Shown: positions 37,887 through 47,129, counted from the stretch's first letter. The stretch: 55,470 bases of DNA from a virus (IMGVR_UViG_3300045911_000113:1-55470); one strand, 5' to 3'. The notes: a model not told the origin generated them from the sequence alone. A program made the numbers and translations.

Positions 37887-38561
37887 CTACGGAATTGTAA
37901 CTATTTTTACACTGTCTTTGAAAATTCCGCTATTGGTAGTCCACGATATTGCAAACCAATTTGGATTGCTTCTGAGTGTATCACGAAATACGAGTTGACC
38001 CGTATTACCTTCCATCAAAACCGATTGAATTAAGGAATAGTCGGTAAATGAGTATGTGAATCGTGGTGCTGATACGATTACTCCAGAGCTAGTTCGTGCA
38101 TATGCACGGAATAATACAGTATCGCCGGATCGGGCCACGGTATCCGTCACCATCAATAAGGCTTGCTGTCCAGGTCGCCACGGTAGTGGTGCCGGCCGTT
38201 CAATAAATCTCACTCGTATGGAATCACGAAACACCCCACTTAGAGTTTGCCACCTAATATGAATGGTTGCTTGACGATTTGTGCTCTGACTGATCAGACC
38301 AACGCTGTTACCTGTAAATAACGCCGTTGCTGTGCTATCAAACACAATGTTCCACCGGAGAAGCGGATTTGTCACCGGAACACCGGCGCTGGTGCGTGCA
38401 TAGCCGTTGAATATAACCGTATCTCCGATTGGAATGGAGTCTGGTCGCGGCCAAATAAGAACTTGTTGCCCTCTCTGCCAAGTCTGTGCCTCAGAAGTTG
38501 AAAAAGCCGCGAAGAACGCGAACAGGAGAGAGAATTTTAGTATTTTGGATAGTTGTGCCAT
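37887..38561 (-). CDS. secreted protein with two Ig-like (Big-type) repeats
   Basis: signal peptide ending SEA|Q; duplicated W..GQQ.L...GDTV.F.(G/A)YARTS.GV...GxF.DS. Confidence 0.7.
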   Translation of the reverse strand: MAQLSKILKFSLLFAFFAAFSTSEAQTWQRGQQVLIWPRPDSIPIGDTVIFNGYARTSAGVPVTNPLLRWNIVFDSTATALFTGNSVGLISQSTNRQATIHIRWQTLSGVFRDSIRVRFIERPAPLPWRPGQQALLMVTDTVARSGDTVLFRAYARTSSGVIVSAPRFTYSFTDYSLIQSVLMEGNTGQLVFRDTLRSNPNWFAISWTTNSGIFKDSVKIVTIP

Positions 38562-38635
38562 TGTTTTATTATTTGTTAAGGGTTGTGGGTGATTGGTGGT
38601 ACTTTGTCTGTTGCAGTTGTTCATTTATTGATCGA

Positions 38636-38874
38636 TTAACTCGTCCGAGGATGAACTTTTTTACCCTCATCTGTGATATACAAGTCGGTCCCGATATAAC
38701 GGCATCAGAGGAAATTACTTGCTTGGTAGACATATCCAGGCTTCCCCAATATACCGTTTTTCCAAGTAAAGAAAACTTTACATGGGGGTGTATTGGTTTT
38801 GAGGAAAACCGACTCCTTATTTTTTGGCGTATATTCTTACATATAGGCTTTATTGTGAATTTTGTGATGTCCAC
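38636..38874 (-). pseudogene. degenerate Mom-like gene (frameshift, internal deletions, stop)
   Basis: VDITKFTIKPICKN, then shifted frame PKNKES...KVFFTW.NG.LGKPGYVYQASNFL*...ITDEGKKVHPRT, collinear with the intact Mom-like neighbour. Confidence 0.7.
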
Positions 38875-38922
38875 TCGTCTGGCCTCCACTCACCTTTGAG
38901 ATAGTATATTTTGTGAAAAACA

Positions 38923-39723
38923 CTACTTTTTACGTTTCCATCCGGTGTCTTCCCCTTGCAATACCTCAATCTTTTCAACTTCACCATCTTTTACATACAC
39001 CTTTCTAATAACCTGTGTCGGATGTTTGATTTCGGAATATGGTAGTATAGGCAACTTTAGCATTTTTTTGAGTCGTTTGGTTTCTCGTTTATCTGTAAGA
39101 AAATAAATATATCTATGCTTAGATGAATCTTCCTTTTGCCAGAACGTGTGACCAATTCTTTTAGCGAGACTCTTGATGTTTTTATTACCGAATTTTGACG
39201 CAACACTACGACTATGAATCCACTCGCCATCTTCGGTGAGCTTGATGCTATAGTCGGGCATGAGTTTACTGATTCCGCACCCTTGATATAGCCAGTTTGT
39301 TGCTCTATAGATGCGGCCTGTATGTCCGACTTCAGGATCGGCATAACTAATTAAGACCTTCACCTTGGGGTCGTTTGCACGTAACCATTCAAAACTCTGT
39401 CCAATTACAAAGCTTTCAATGTTTTTATCATTGGGAAGATCTTTTACATATAGTCTAACCAGTTCCAACACTTCGTCGTTTTTTAAAATTGAAGGTCCAC
39501 AAATACTATCAACTGTTTTATTACTTACCGGATGTGCATATACTATAACCCCCACCAATTCTTCATCGATATCAAAGAATCCATTAGTAGAAGTTTTATA
39601 ATACACACCCAACGCATATTTACATCCATTGAGATTTTTAGTATAGTGATATTTTCGTATCATATCACGAGCAACATCATTAGAAATTCGTCTAATTGAT
39701 ATTTTTGTTTTGTCTATGAACAT
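38923..39723 (-). CDS. Mom-like DNA adenine modification protein (GNAT fold)
   Basis: I.K.HY, ELVRL, N.ESF.I, LISYADP..GHTG.IY.ATNW.Y.G. Confidence 0.82.
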   Translation of the reverse strand: MFIDKTKISIRRISNDVARDMIRKYHYTKNLNGCKYALGVYYKTSTNGFFDIDEELVGVIVYAHPVSNKTVDSICGPSILKNDEVLELVRLYVKDLPNDKNIESFVIGQSFEWLRANDPKVKVLISYADPEVGHTGRIYRATNWLYQGCGISKLMPDYSIKLTEDGEWIHSRSVASKFGNKNIKSLAKRIGHTFWQKEDSSKHRYIYFLTDKRETKRLKKMLKLPILPYSEIKHPTQVIRKVYVKDGEVEKIEVLQGEDTGWKRKK

Positions 39724-39770
39724 TGGCGACCAGTTTGCAAAATGTTTAGTTTCTTAAAAATGAGTTGTTA

Positions 39771-42404
39771 TTAGAACTCGAAGAACTTACTAGCAGATTG
39801 GTTGACATCGGTTGGTAATTTACCCCATTTTAATGCTGAATAGAAATCTTCGATCTTGTTTTTCAACTCGTTTTCAAACAAGGCATCGTAATCTATGTAC
39901 TTGTTAACAAACTCGACCAGTTCTGGTGGGTCGTCATATCCCTTCAATGCCATCGTATCAATACCGAGATCATTCTTTTTCAGATAGGTCCACTTGATTT
40001 TATCACCATCTTTGATGACTTCATAGCTCTTATCCAGATTGTGGTGACGTAACCACCGATTGTATGCAATACTAGCTTTAACGTGCGCCGGCGTACCCTT
40101 ATCAAAGATTTTGAATCCCTTGACCTTCTTGTTATCGAATTCACTGATGTTCTTGACTCCGGTATTACGTGCCACCGCCTCAAACGGCATGGTATTCAAT
40201 ACAGAACGGAAGTTCAAAATCATATCATCGAGTGTGACCTTATCCTTCTTGTTTAGAATGGCGTCCAAGCACTCTGACATGGTCTTCTGAAAAGCCGGTG
40301 GAAAACTTGACCGAACCGTATCTAATCCTTTTACGACCAGTTTCGCCTTTTCTAAGTCAATACCACTTTCAAGGTCATATACTTTCTTCATTGCGTATCG
40401 CTTTTTGGTTACCCAAAACGCGGTTTCACACACAGCTTCACCCTTGATTACAAATCGGTGGTTTTCATTACAGAAGAACAATTTACGCGCCATTGTATCG
40501 TAAAACTCGTTGAGTTGACGTTCCATATCACGGGCCAACTCTAAAGTGAATTGTTTCATATCCGATACATTCTTTCCCACAGACATAGCCGAGAAATACA
40601 CAGAATCAGTGTCAATATAAATACAATGATCATTGGGACTCATCAACTTATCCGCTTCTTCACGAGTCAGTCTACCTTTTTTGACTTCTGTATCCAAGAC
40701 TTCTTTGTATTCAAACAACCACGATTCCGACTTGGGTTCTGCTCCCATCTTTACATACTGATTCGAAAGAAATCTCGCACTGGTTTTGATTACATCTTGA
40801 CCCGTAGCCGTCACTGCCAACGCATTGTCCAAGTCGTAGAATCGAAAGAGGGGCAGACCCAACGCGCCGTAAATAGAATTCAGAAGAATTTTTTGTACGT
40901 GCTGGCGTCGATCATAATAGTCAGCCAGTTCATCATTACCTTCCTTCTTGTACTTCTTCATCAAACCCTTGTATTCGACACGTTGCTTGAACCAGACATC
41001 AAGAATTTCTGGAATTACCCCGGTCTTGTCTGCACGATATAATACACCGTTGGAACTCAACATAAAACGATTAGTTTCCATAAAATCCGCGAACTCCTCA
41101 CGGTTCATGCTTACTTCCACATCATCAATTTTAAGTTGAAGATCCATCAAGGTGTTCTTCATAAACTGTTCGACGTTCCAATTTGTGACATACCCCATCT
41201 TTGTTTCTGGGCTAATGTTCAACGTCATAATGATTGACGGATACAGACTCTGCAAGTCGAGATTATATACCCAATCATACAGACCCGGCATCGGCGGCTT
41301 TACGAACGCGCCGGCGAAACCTTCATCATCATCCTCGAGCTTCTGGTCAAATTCTTCACGACCCTCGGGACGCTTGTTTGGCACTACGATATTCTTACGA
41401 TGTAGGTATACCAGAATGGTCCCTTCGATATACTTGGAACTATACTTGTAGTCTTCGTATTGCGTATGACCAACGTGACTAATGTTCTTGACCAAATCAA
41501 TGAGTTTCATCTTTCGGTCGAGCGCCACTACGATACGCACGTCTTGCAAGTTGTATTCAATGAATTTTTCAAGATCACTTGCGTATAGATCATCAAGTGT
41601 TCCTTCATATTCAATCTTACCCATACCAACTTCATACATACCAATAGCATCAAGTCGATAACTTGGACGACGAGCAAACGTAAACTTCTGATACATTTCC
41701 AAGTAGTCGAGACAGCTCACGCCCGCCAACTGATACTGACGACGAAGCTTGCTATACTTTATCATACCAATAGGACTCAACATATTTGCAGTGTCGTCAT
41801 CAAAAATTACTGACAGACGACGATACAAATATGGAATATCGAACTGCGAAATGTTCCATCCCGTGAGAATAGTTGGCGCGTAGTCACTATAATAAGCCAT
41901 AAATGCTTCGAGCAATTCCGCCTCGGAAGCAAAGGTCACAACGGTTTCGTTTTTGACTTGTCGCCGGTTATCCATACGAGAATCACGATCCAGCAAAAAT
42001 ACTACATATTCATCCTTGGCCTGTGCGTAGCAGCCGATAGCATTAATTACGCCATCGGCACGTTCAATATTTGCAAACTCACCGTTGACCTTTTCTACCT
42101 CAATGTCAAAAAATAATACACGATGATTTTTTGCTACCTCATCGCTGTCTTGGTATAAATCTGTCAATACGCGAGTTTCACGCGGGACATCGCTCTCAAA
42201 GATACCGGGCTGACCTTCTTTCCAACGAAATGTTTTTGATACACGATCACCAAAAATTGTTACTTTGTCTCCTTTAGGATCAAGTCTGTATGCATAATCA
42301 AAATCAGCATACGGATAGGTGACGAGTCCGGCGTTGTCATCCCAAATATATACCGTTGCAGGACTGTCTTCAGTTTTATTTGTTATGAATATGTTCTGGT
42401 ACAA
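39771..42404 (-). CDS. family B DNA polymerase (gp43-like)
   Basis: exo FDIE/GWN..FD/YN..D; DLQSLYPS, K..LNS.YG, YIDTDS, KKRY; C-terminal SKFFEF. Confidence 0.96.
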   Translation of the reverse strand: MYQNIFITNKTEDSPATVYIWDDNAGLVTYPYADFDYAYRLDPKGDKVTIFGDRVSKTFRWKEGQPGIFESDVPRETRVLTDLYQDSDEVAKNHRVLFFDIEVEKVNGEFANIERADGVINAIGCYAQAKDEYVVFLLDRDSRMDNRRQVKNETVVTFASEAELLEAFMAYYSDYAPTILTGWNISQFDIPYLYRRLSVIFDDDTANMLSPIGMIKYSKLRRQYQLAGVSCLDYLEMYQKFTFARRPSYRLDAIGMYEVGMGKIEYEGTLDDLYASDLEKFIEYNLQDVRIVVALDRKMKLIDLVKNISHVGHTQYEDYKYSSKYIEGTILVYLHRKNIVVPNKRPEGREEFDQKLEDDDEGFAGAFVKPPMPGLYDWVYNLDLQSLYPSIIMTLNISPETKMGYVTNWNVEQFMKNTLMDLQLKIDDVEVSMNREEFADFMETNRFMLSSNGVLYRADKTGVIPEILDVWFKQRVEYKGLMKKYKKEGNDELADYYDRRQHVQKILLNSIYGALGLPLFRFYDLDNALAVTATGQDVIKTSARFLSNQYVKMGAEPKSESWLFEYKEVLDTEVKKGRLTREEADKLMSPNDHCIYIDTDSVYFSAMSVGKNVSDMKQFTLELARDMERQLNEFYDTMARKLFFCNENHRFVIKGEAVCETAFWVTKKRYAMKKVYDLESGIDLEKAKLVVKGLDTVRSSFPPAFQKTMSECLDAILNKKDKVTLDDMILNFRSVLNTMPFEAVARNTGVKNISEFDNKKVKGFKIFDKGTPAHVKASIAYNRWLRHHNLDKSYEVIKDGDKIKWTYLKKNDLGIDTMALKGYDDPPELVEFVNKYIDYDALFENELKNKIEDFYSALKWGKLPTDVNQSASKFFEF

Positions 42405-43137
42405 TTATTTCTTCCCCCGATAACGGCTTGTTTAACTTGCTTTTCCAATCTTTTGTGAGTGGTTTCACGAAAATCAACTTCTGTGTGCTATCGGTGACGA
42501 CATAATGTTCTCGACCAACTGCATATTTGGCAATCGCAGCTTTTGGATCAGTTCTGGCCAATTCGCCTCTAGCGCTGGTTTCCTTTTGCCATAACAACAC
42601 CGGTGCTTTTTTTACGCTGTTGCCAGAGGTTCGTCCCACAAAAGTCCAGTTATCAGCCAAATACACGGCCCCATTTCTCTTATTATCTGAACCGTCGATC
42701 TCGGGTTGAACATAAGTTTCTAGTAATACAAGTTCATCACCATACTTTTCTTGCCAACGACGAGCGCCGTTCTCACGCAATAATCTTAAACTCATAGTTC
42801 CAAGATTTTTTACACCACTGTTAGGTATTAAACAAAACCGATAGTTGTTAGCAACATTGTTGCTATGAAGCAATCGCGTCGTTGCGTCCCATCCTATATA
42901 TCGGTCGCGATCACCGACGGCCAATACACAACTACTAAGTCCCACCGCACCCAACAAATCACCGCCATCACTTTTATAAATGAGCCAGTTAATTCTGCGT
43001 TGAGGAACACACTTAAACTTTACATAACTGTGATATCTATTTATGGTTTTGGCAAATAATCTGTTTTGCGCAGAGGAAACACATTCCTCGAAGAATATGG
43101 GATAATTGTATAAGTCTCTGTAATCGAAAAATGACAT
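42376..43137 (-). CDS. DruA/DUF4338-like protein (Mom-related GNAT fold)
   Basis: RYHSY, LGAVGLSS, RDRYIGWD, ANN.RF.L.P, W..KYGD.L.LLETYV, G..Y.ADNW..VG.TSG. Confidence 0.8.
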   Translation of the reverse strand: MSFFDYRDLYNYPIFFEECVSSAQNRLFAKTINRYHSYVKFKCVPQRRINWLIYKSDGGDLLGAVGLSSCVLAVGDRDRYIGWDATTRLLHSNNVANNYRFCLIPNSGVKNLGTMSLRLLRENGARRWQEKYGDELVLLETYVQPEIDGSDNKRNGAVYLADNWTFVGRTSGNSVKKAPVLLWQKETSARGELARTDPKAAIAKYAVGREHYVVTDSTQKLIFVKPLTKDWKSKLNKPLSGEEIIVPEHIHNK

Positions 43138-43141
43138 ATGA

Positions 43142-43651
43142 CTAAATTAAATTTAGATGTTTGTAGAGTTTCTTTCTTGAAGCGGTTTTATTATTTTCAG
43201 TAATTATCCCATGCTGTTTTAAAGAAATTACTTCATCCGTAGTAAGAAATACAAATTTCCATACATTATAATTTGTATAGTCTACCAAACACCATAGATC
43301 AACATTTTGTAATTTTTTTTCCCATCCACCATCGGTGTACTTCCTTCCCTTACCTACTTCATTTGATGGTGCAAATGAAACGCGATCATACATTGATCGA
43401 ACTTCAATCTTAAGGCCGTCGGGCGAGACATTATCGTAAGAACAATTCTCATTTCCGGCCCGCTTACCTATTCCAAGAGATTCAATAATAAACTCTGCAT
43501 ATCGGCCAACTATACGACCATCATTAAAAAATTTACTAAGCAGTTCGACCGACAAACCACCATTTACCGATGCCATAGCCGGTATAGATACATCGTATTC
43601 AAAGTTTTTCGGCTTCATCAGTATAACTCCTCGATAATCCCTAAAAATCAA
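43142..43651 (-). CDS. hypothetical protein, possible restriction-endonuclease-like fold
   Basis: DGR..G..AE, YD....G.KIEVRS pattern. Confidence 0.45.
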   Translation of the reverse strand: MIFRDYRGVILMKPKNFEYDVSIPAMASVNGGLSVELLSKFFNDGRIVGRYAEFIIESLGIGKRAGNENCSYDNVSPDGLKIEVRSMYDRVSFAPSNEVGKGRKYTDGGWEKKLQNVDLWCLVDYTNYNVWKFVFLTTDEVISLKQHGIITENNKTASRKKLYKHLNLI

Positions 43652-43652
43652 G

Positions 43653-43952
43653 TCACTCTGAGAGTGTTACACTTTCGTTACAATTGATCTCAATAATTTT
43701 TAACAATTCAGTTGCACGGTCTTGACCGATCCAATGGATTAGCTCAGACTTAAATCTATCGTCTGTTTTATTTTCTGTCAAGACCATTTCAAATGCAACA
43801 ATTTCGTCTATTCTACTTCCAAATGCTCTAGGCATTCCGACCCAGGAAACACCACCGTCCGCAGACACCAAAAGATCATAGGTGCCCCACGGACGGATGT
43901 TGTTTCGTTTGAATTGGAAGTTTTGTTCGTTAATCCAATCAGTTAATGTCAT
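43653..43952 (-). CDS. hypothetical protein
   Basis: 99 aa ORF in operon context. Confidence 0.55.
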   Translation of the reverse strand: MTLTDWINEQNFQFKRNNIRPWGTYDLLVSADGGVSWVGMPRAFGSRIDEIVAFEMVLTENKTDDRFKSELIHWIGQDRATELLKIIEINCNESVTLSE

Positions 43953-44016
43953 ATGTTGGTTTTATGAGATTGTATGTCTGGACCGTTCAGCCACTTTAAA
44001 TATTCATTATAGATAT

Positions 44017-44451
44017 CTATCTGCCAGTTGAACCAAACCCATCTAAATTTCTATCAGTTTTACCAGAAAATTCAAAAATTTCAATAGGTTCTACAATAAT
44101 ACACTCTTGAAGAACCATTTGTGCAATCTTATCACCTGGCAAGAAATGAATTTTTGTATCATTTGGGTTGAAGAACGCCACAATAATCTCGGCCCGATAG
44201 CCTGGATCAATCACGCCGGCAACGGTAAACACTTCTTTCTTCGTAGCCACACTAGAACGATCCTTGATAATCCCACCGACATTCTCTGGAAACTGCACCG
44301 CAATGCCCGTCCGTACCTTGGTAACCACGCCGGGTTCCAATGTCACCGATTCCAATGTGTGTAAATCAAATCCCAAATCATCTTTATGTGCTTTACTTGG
44401 AATTGTTGCTCGACTATCTAGCTTACAAAAACCAATTGTGAGTTTGTTCAT
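44017..44451 (-). CDS. dut: trimeric dUTPase
   Basis: GFDL, DRSS, GVIDPGYR, GDKIAQ, R..DGFGSTG. Confidence 0.93.
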   Translation of the reverse strand: MNKLTIGFCKLDSRATIPSKAHKDDLGFDLHTLESVTLEPGVVTKVRTGIAVQFPENVGGIIKDRSSVATKKEVFTVAGVIDPGYRAEIIVAFFNPNDTKIHFLPGDKIAQMVLQECIIVEPIEIFEFSGKTDRNLDGFGSTGR

Positions 44452-44457
44452 ATATCC

Positions 44458-44778
44458 TCAGAATGTTAACATGTTGAGTTTCTTTTCAATAGCTTCTACC
44501 GTGGTATCACCGTAGATAAACTGCGATGCTCGACCATCACGATAGAATACTGTCATTGGTATGGCTTTGATTCGAGCACGTTCCTTAAACTGGAACAGTG
44601 TGACCTCAGTTTCGCCACCTAATTCAGCATTTCAACGTAATACACCAAACTGTTCATTGATGCCATCTACGGTCTGCTTTTCAATGCGTCTCATTGAACC
44701 TGAACGGTCAATGACTAATGCTACATACGTCTTTTTTTCGTTCTTCTTGACCTTCTTGGTCTTTTTTGTTGTAACCAT
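44458..44778 (-). pseudogene. chimeric pseudogene: vWA N-terminus (with internal TGA) fused in frame to thioredoxin C-terminus
   Basis: TYVALVIDRSGSM...LR*NAE...VTLFQF then RIKAIPMTVFYRDG...IEKKL*; TGA at 44632-44634. Confidence 0.7.
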
Positions 44779-45008
44779 TATCGTACTCCTCCGTATGTGA
44801 AGCCTAATTTTTCAAGACTGTCATACGTGAAGCCTAATTTTTCAAGACTGTTTTGTTTTTTTGTTGTGGTAACTGTTATGGTTGTGGTGGTTTCTGGGAG
44901 GGGGACAAGTCCAATCCATCGTGGACGACACCAGTAACACGAATGACAGCATGAATTACAAGAGTGACAGCATGAATTACAAGAGTGACAGCACATATCA
45001 TACTCCAC
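44778..45008 (-). CDS. small Cys/His-rich protein with internal tandem duplications
   Basis: (CCHSCNS)x2 and (SLEKLGFTY)x2; stop/start coupling with neighbours. Confidence 0.5.
   Translation of the reverse strand: MEYDMCCHSCNSCCHSCNSCCHSCYWCRPRWIGLVPLPETTTTITVTTTKKQNSLEKLGFTYDSLEKLGFTYGGVR
44797..44851. repeat. 25-bp direct repeat, 30-bp period
   Basis: gtgaagcctaatttttcaagactgt at 44797 and 44827. Confidence 0.9.
44944..44993. repeat. 21-bp tandem repeat (~2.4 copies)
   Basis: tgacagcatgaattacaagag x2 + tgacagca. Confidence 0.9.
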
Positions 45009-45552
45009 CGGGTTTCATACCCAGCTTATCGAAAATGTTTGTAGGTGTTGTCTGCGACACGGAGTTTGCGAGGGTGATTAATCCCGATACACCAAGACTT
45101 CTAACCATTGATGAAACTTGTGGTGATACCCAAATAGCATTTGCAGTGCCAAATGGGATGTTGGGATCTACTGATTCTACTTTGGCCGAGAATGAACCAG
45201 TAAGAGCACCTCCTGTGAGTACACAACTATAGTTTTGAGCTCTTGCAAGTACCACTAGGTCTTCTCTGGAAAGGCCGGTACGAGCACTGTTTTGATACAA
45301 TGTCGTACCGGAAATACCATCCACGCCTTTCCAGTTTGGGTTGTTTTCGCCAACGCGAGTTTTTAGTTGGCAACCACATGACGTAGAACGACCTTTGACC
45401 AATGAGTATACATCGGCACGTTTTACACTACCACATACACACTGTACATCCATTTGAGCAGGACTGTCGTAAATGACTCCATCCACTACAGTCCATGACC
45501 CAAATGTATCACCGGCTTTGAATTTTCCTACGTACTTTGGTTTTCTACCCAT
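44998..45552 (-). CDS. phage HNH-associated protein with apparently degenerate nuclease site
   Basis: FG.WTV, C.CG...L..G.STSCGC, GENNPNWKG, Q..C.LTG; ESVD where DRID is expected. Confidence 0.6.
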   Translation of the reverse strand: MGRKPKYVGKFKAGDTFGSWTVVDGVIYDSPAQMDVQCVCGSVKRADVYSLVKGRSTSCGCQLKTRVGENNPNWKGVDGISGTTLYQNSARTGLSREDLVVLARAQNYSCVLTGGALTGSFSAKVESVDPNIPFGTANAIWVSPQVSSMVRSLGVSGLITLANSVSQTTPTNIFDKLGMKPGGV

Positions 45553-45633
45553 ATAACCTCCTGGCAGACATCTATAAGTAGTGTCGTTTTTCGTAAAACG
45601 CTTATTCTGCCAGAAATCATTGTTCGAATTATC

Positions 45634-45755
45634 CTAGATTGTACAACCACCGGCCACACATGCAAGATTTTCTGCTAGAGCCGTATCATCCTCGGTTTCA
45701 ACAACCTTGGTGAGATCAAGTGTATGTAGGTGTGCAAATAGTTCTTCATATCGTT
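45634..45755 (-). pseudogene. orphan alternative 3' end of the RNR gene
   Basis: RYEELFAHLHTLDLTKVVETEDDTALAENLACVAGGCTI* versus true end ...KVIETEDETELQQTVACSGGACEIV*. Confidence 0.85.
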
Positions 45756-46514
45756 AGCAACATAAGTCTTCTTCGCCGTTGATTTCTTCGGCAACTTGAC
45801 CTTGATTTTCTTTACCGCCATATAAACCTCTTACTTTTGAAAGGTATGTTTGTAAACATCCATCACGGCTTGTAATCCGTTATCAGTGATGTCTCTTGTG
45901 CCTATGCCGGCAAAGTGTTTAGTTCTCAACTTCGGTATTCCTGTGAATATGGAGAACCTACCGTTGTGATGGTCATATTCATACCATGATTCTGTGGGCT
46001 GGTCGTAAAAGAATATCGGCTTTCCGTTATTTACGGCCATTTGAACGGCCCAACCTGTGCCACCATCAACGCGCGTGTATGTATCGTCGTAAAATTTACC
46101 AATGGCAAAGATAGTCTCTCCATTTTTCACTTGATACCAATTTCTACTGATTAAACACTTGGTATATCGTGGCGCGGATAGGAGATTTCGTTTGAATTGC
46201 ACATTCACATCTAATGCATGTGCCAATCCTTCATGTAATTCAGCATCTGATAAGATGACGGGATTTTTTCCATACTGTTTGTGACCAGAGAAAGAATAGG
46301 CGTATGTCACCACGCCGTATTCTTCTCCAGCAGTTTCCCATGCCATATCAGCGCCAGGACACCCGCCACTGTGACATACATAACCCATATTAGACTATCT
46401 CACAAGCTCCACCGCTGCAAGCAACGGTTTGTTGTAGTTCAGTTTCATCTTCTGTTTCAATAACCTTGGTGAGATCAAGTGTATGTAGGTGTGCAAATAG
46501 TTCTTCATATCGTT
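45703..46514. repeat. 53-bp exact direct repeat (45703-45755 and 46462-46514)
   Basis: aaccttggtgagatcaagtgtatgtaggtgtgcaaatagttcttcatatcgtt in both places. Confidence 0.92.
45831..46388 (-). CDS. SLOG/DprA-like Rossmann-fold phage protein
   Basis: HSGG..GAD..W, RNW.QV, V.GGTGWAVQMA, FAGIGTR. Confidence 0.68.
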   Translation of the reverse strand: MGYVCHSGGCPGADMAWETAGEEYGVVTYAYSFSGHKQYGKNPVILSDAELHEGLAHALDVNVQFKRNLLSAPRYTKCLISRNWYQVKNGETIFAIGKFYDDTYTRVDGGTGWAVQMAVNNGKPIFFYDQPTESWYEYDHHNGRFSIFTGIPKLRTKHFAGIGTRDITDNGLQAVMDVYKHTFQK

Positions 46515-47073
46515 CCTTGGTAATGTCTTGGAACGGCGCCTGGATATAAGTGTGGTCGTCGTGTGGTAATACACTCAATGCGGTGTAGTTCTCTCGATTC
46601 GCCCACATCCACTCAAATACATCCTGCCACTCATCCTTTTTAATAGATACTGTGGTGGATACGTTGTTAATGTTTGCACCCTTACGATGTCCTACCTTGA
46701 CCCATTCCTTCCACACCTTACCTACGCGCTCAAGGAGGTCAAGAGCAGATTCATTGCGGAGAATAGCACCGTCTGGCGCCTTTTGTGGTACACTGATTAC
46801 CGCAGTCTTGTGTGGAGCAAAGAAATCGTCTTCCAACAACTCTGGATGTGCTTGTTGGAGATATCCATACACAGCTTCATTCTTGCCAACGCGGATGGTA
46901 CGAACGTAGTAGTCGTTGTGCCATGCGTGAATACCCGAAGAACTGCCTACTACAAGTGAGGTGGTGTTATGCACGACCGCGCCGTTCTTTAGTTGATAGG
47001 TATGTGTTCCCGACACCTCAATATCTACAGTTATTTTTTTCTCGGGATTCTTTCTAATTGTTTTGATTCTCAT
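46390..47073 (-). CDS. nrdJ: class II ribonucleotide reductase part 3 (IntC 36 aa + C-terminal extein)
   Basis: MRIKTI...VDIEV...VVHN|TTSL..GSSSGIH, Y.QAP, ACSGGAC; own GGAG RBS. Confidence 0.9.
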   Translation of the reverse strand: MRIKTIRKNPEKKITVDIEVSGTHTYQLKNGAVVHNTTSLVVGSSSGIHAWHNDYYVRTIRVGKNEAVYGYLQQAHPELLEDDFFAPHKTAVISVPQKAPDGAILRNESALDLLERVGKVWKEWVKVGHRKGANINNVSTTVSIKKDEWQDVFEWMWANRENYTALSVLPHDDHTYIQAPFQDITKERYEELFAHLHTLDLTKVIETEDETELQQTVACSGGACEIV

Positions 47074-47129
47074 TTATTTTCTCCAAAAGATATTGATGTG
47101 TTCCATCTTTGTTGGTAATATAATATTAC

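Noticed and set aside
38569-38889. 106-aa ORF from the track as a real gene
   Set aside because: Only its first ~20 codons match the Mom-like start; the homologous remainder lies in another frame, so it is called as a pseudogene.
39771-42404. Intein or split in DNA polymerase (and helicase)
   Set aside because: No Hint motifs; lengths and motif spacing are normal.
34578-43137. Complete Druantia defence system
   Set aside because: No DruE helicase or other dru genes; context is the replisome.
44797-44993. Short repeats as a mini CRISPR array
   Set aside because: Only two copies each, periods are multiples of 3 within an ORF, no unique spacers and no cas operon. The Cas4-like nuclease is a common standalone phage gene.
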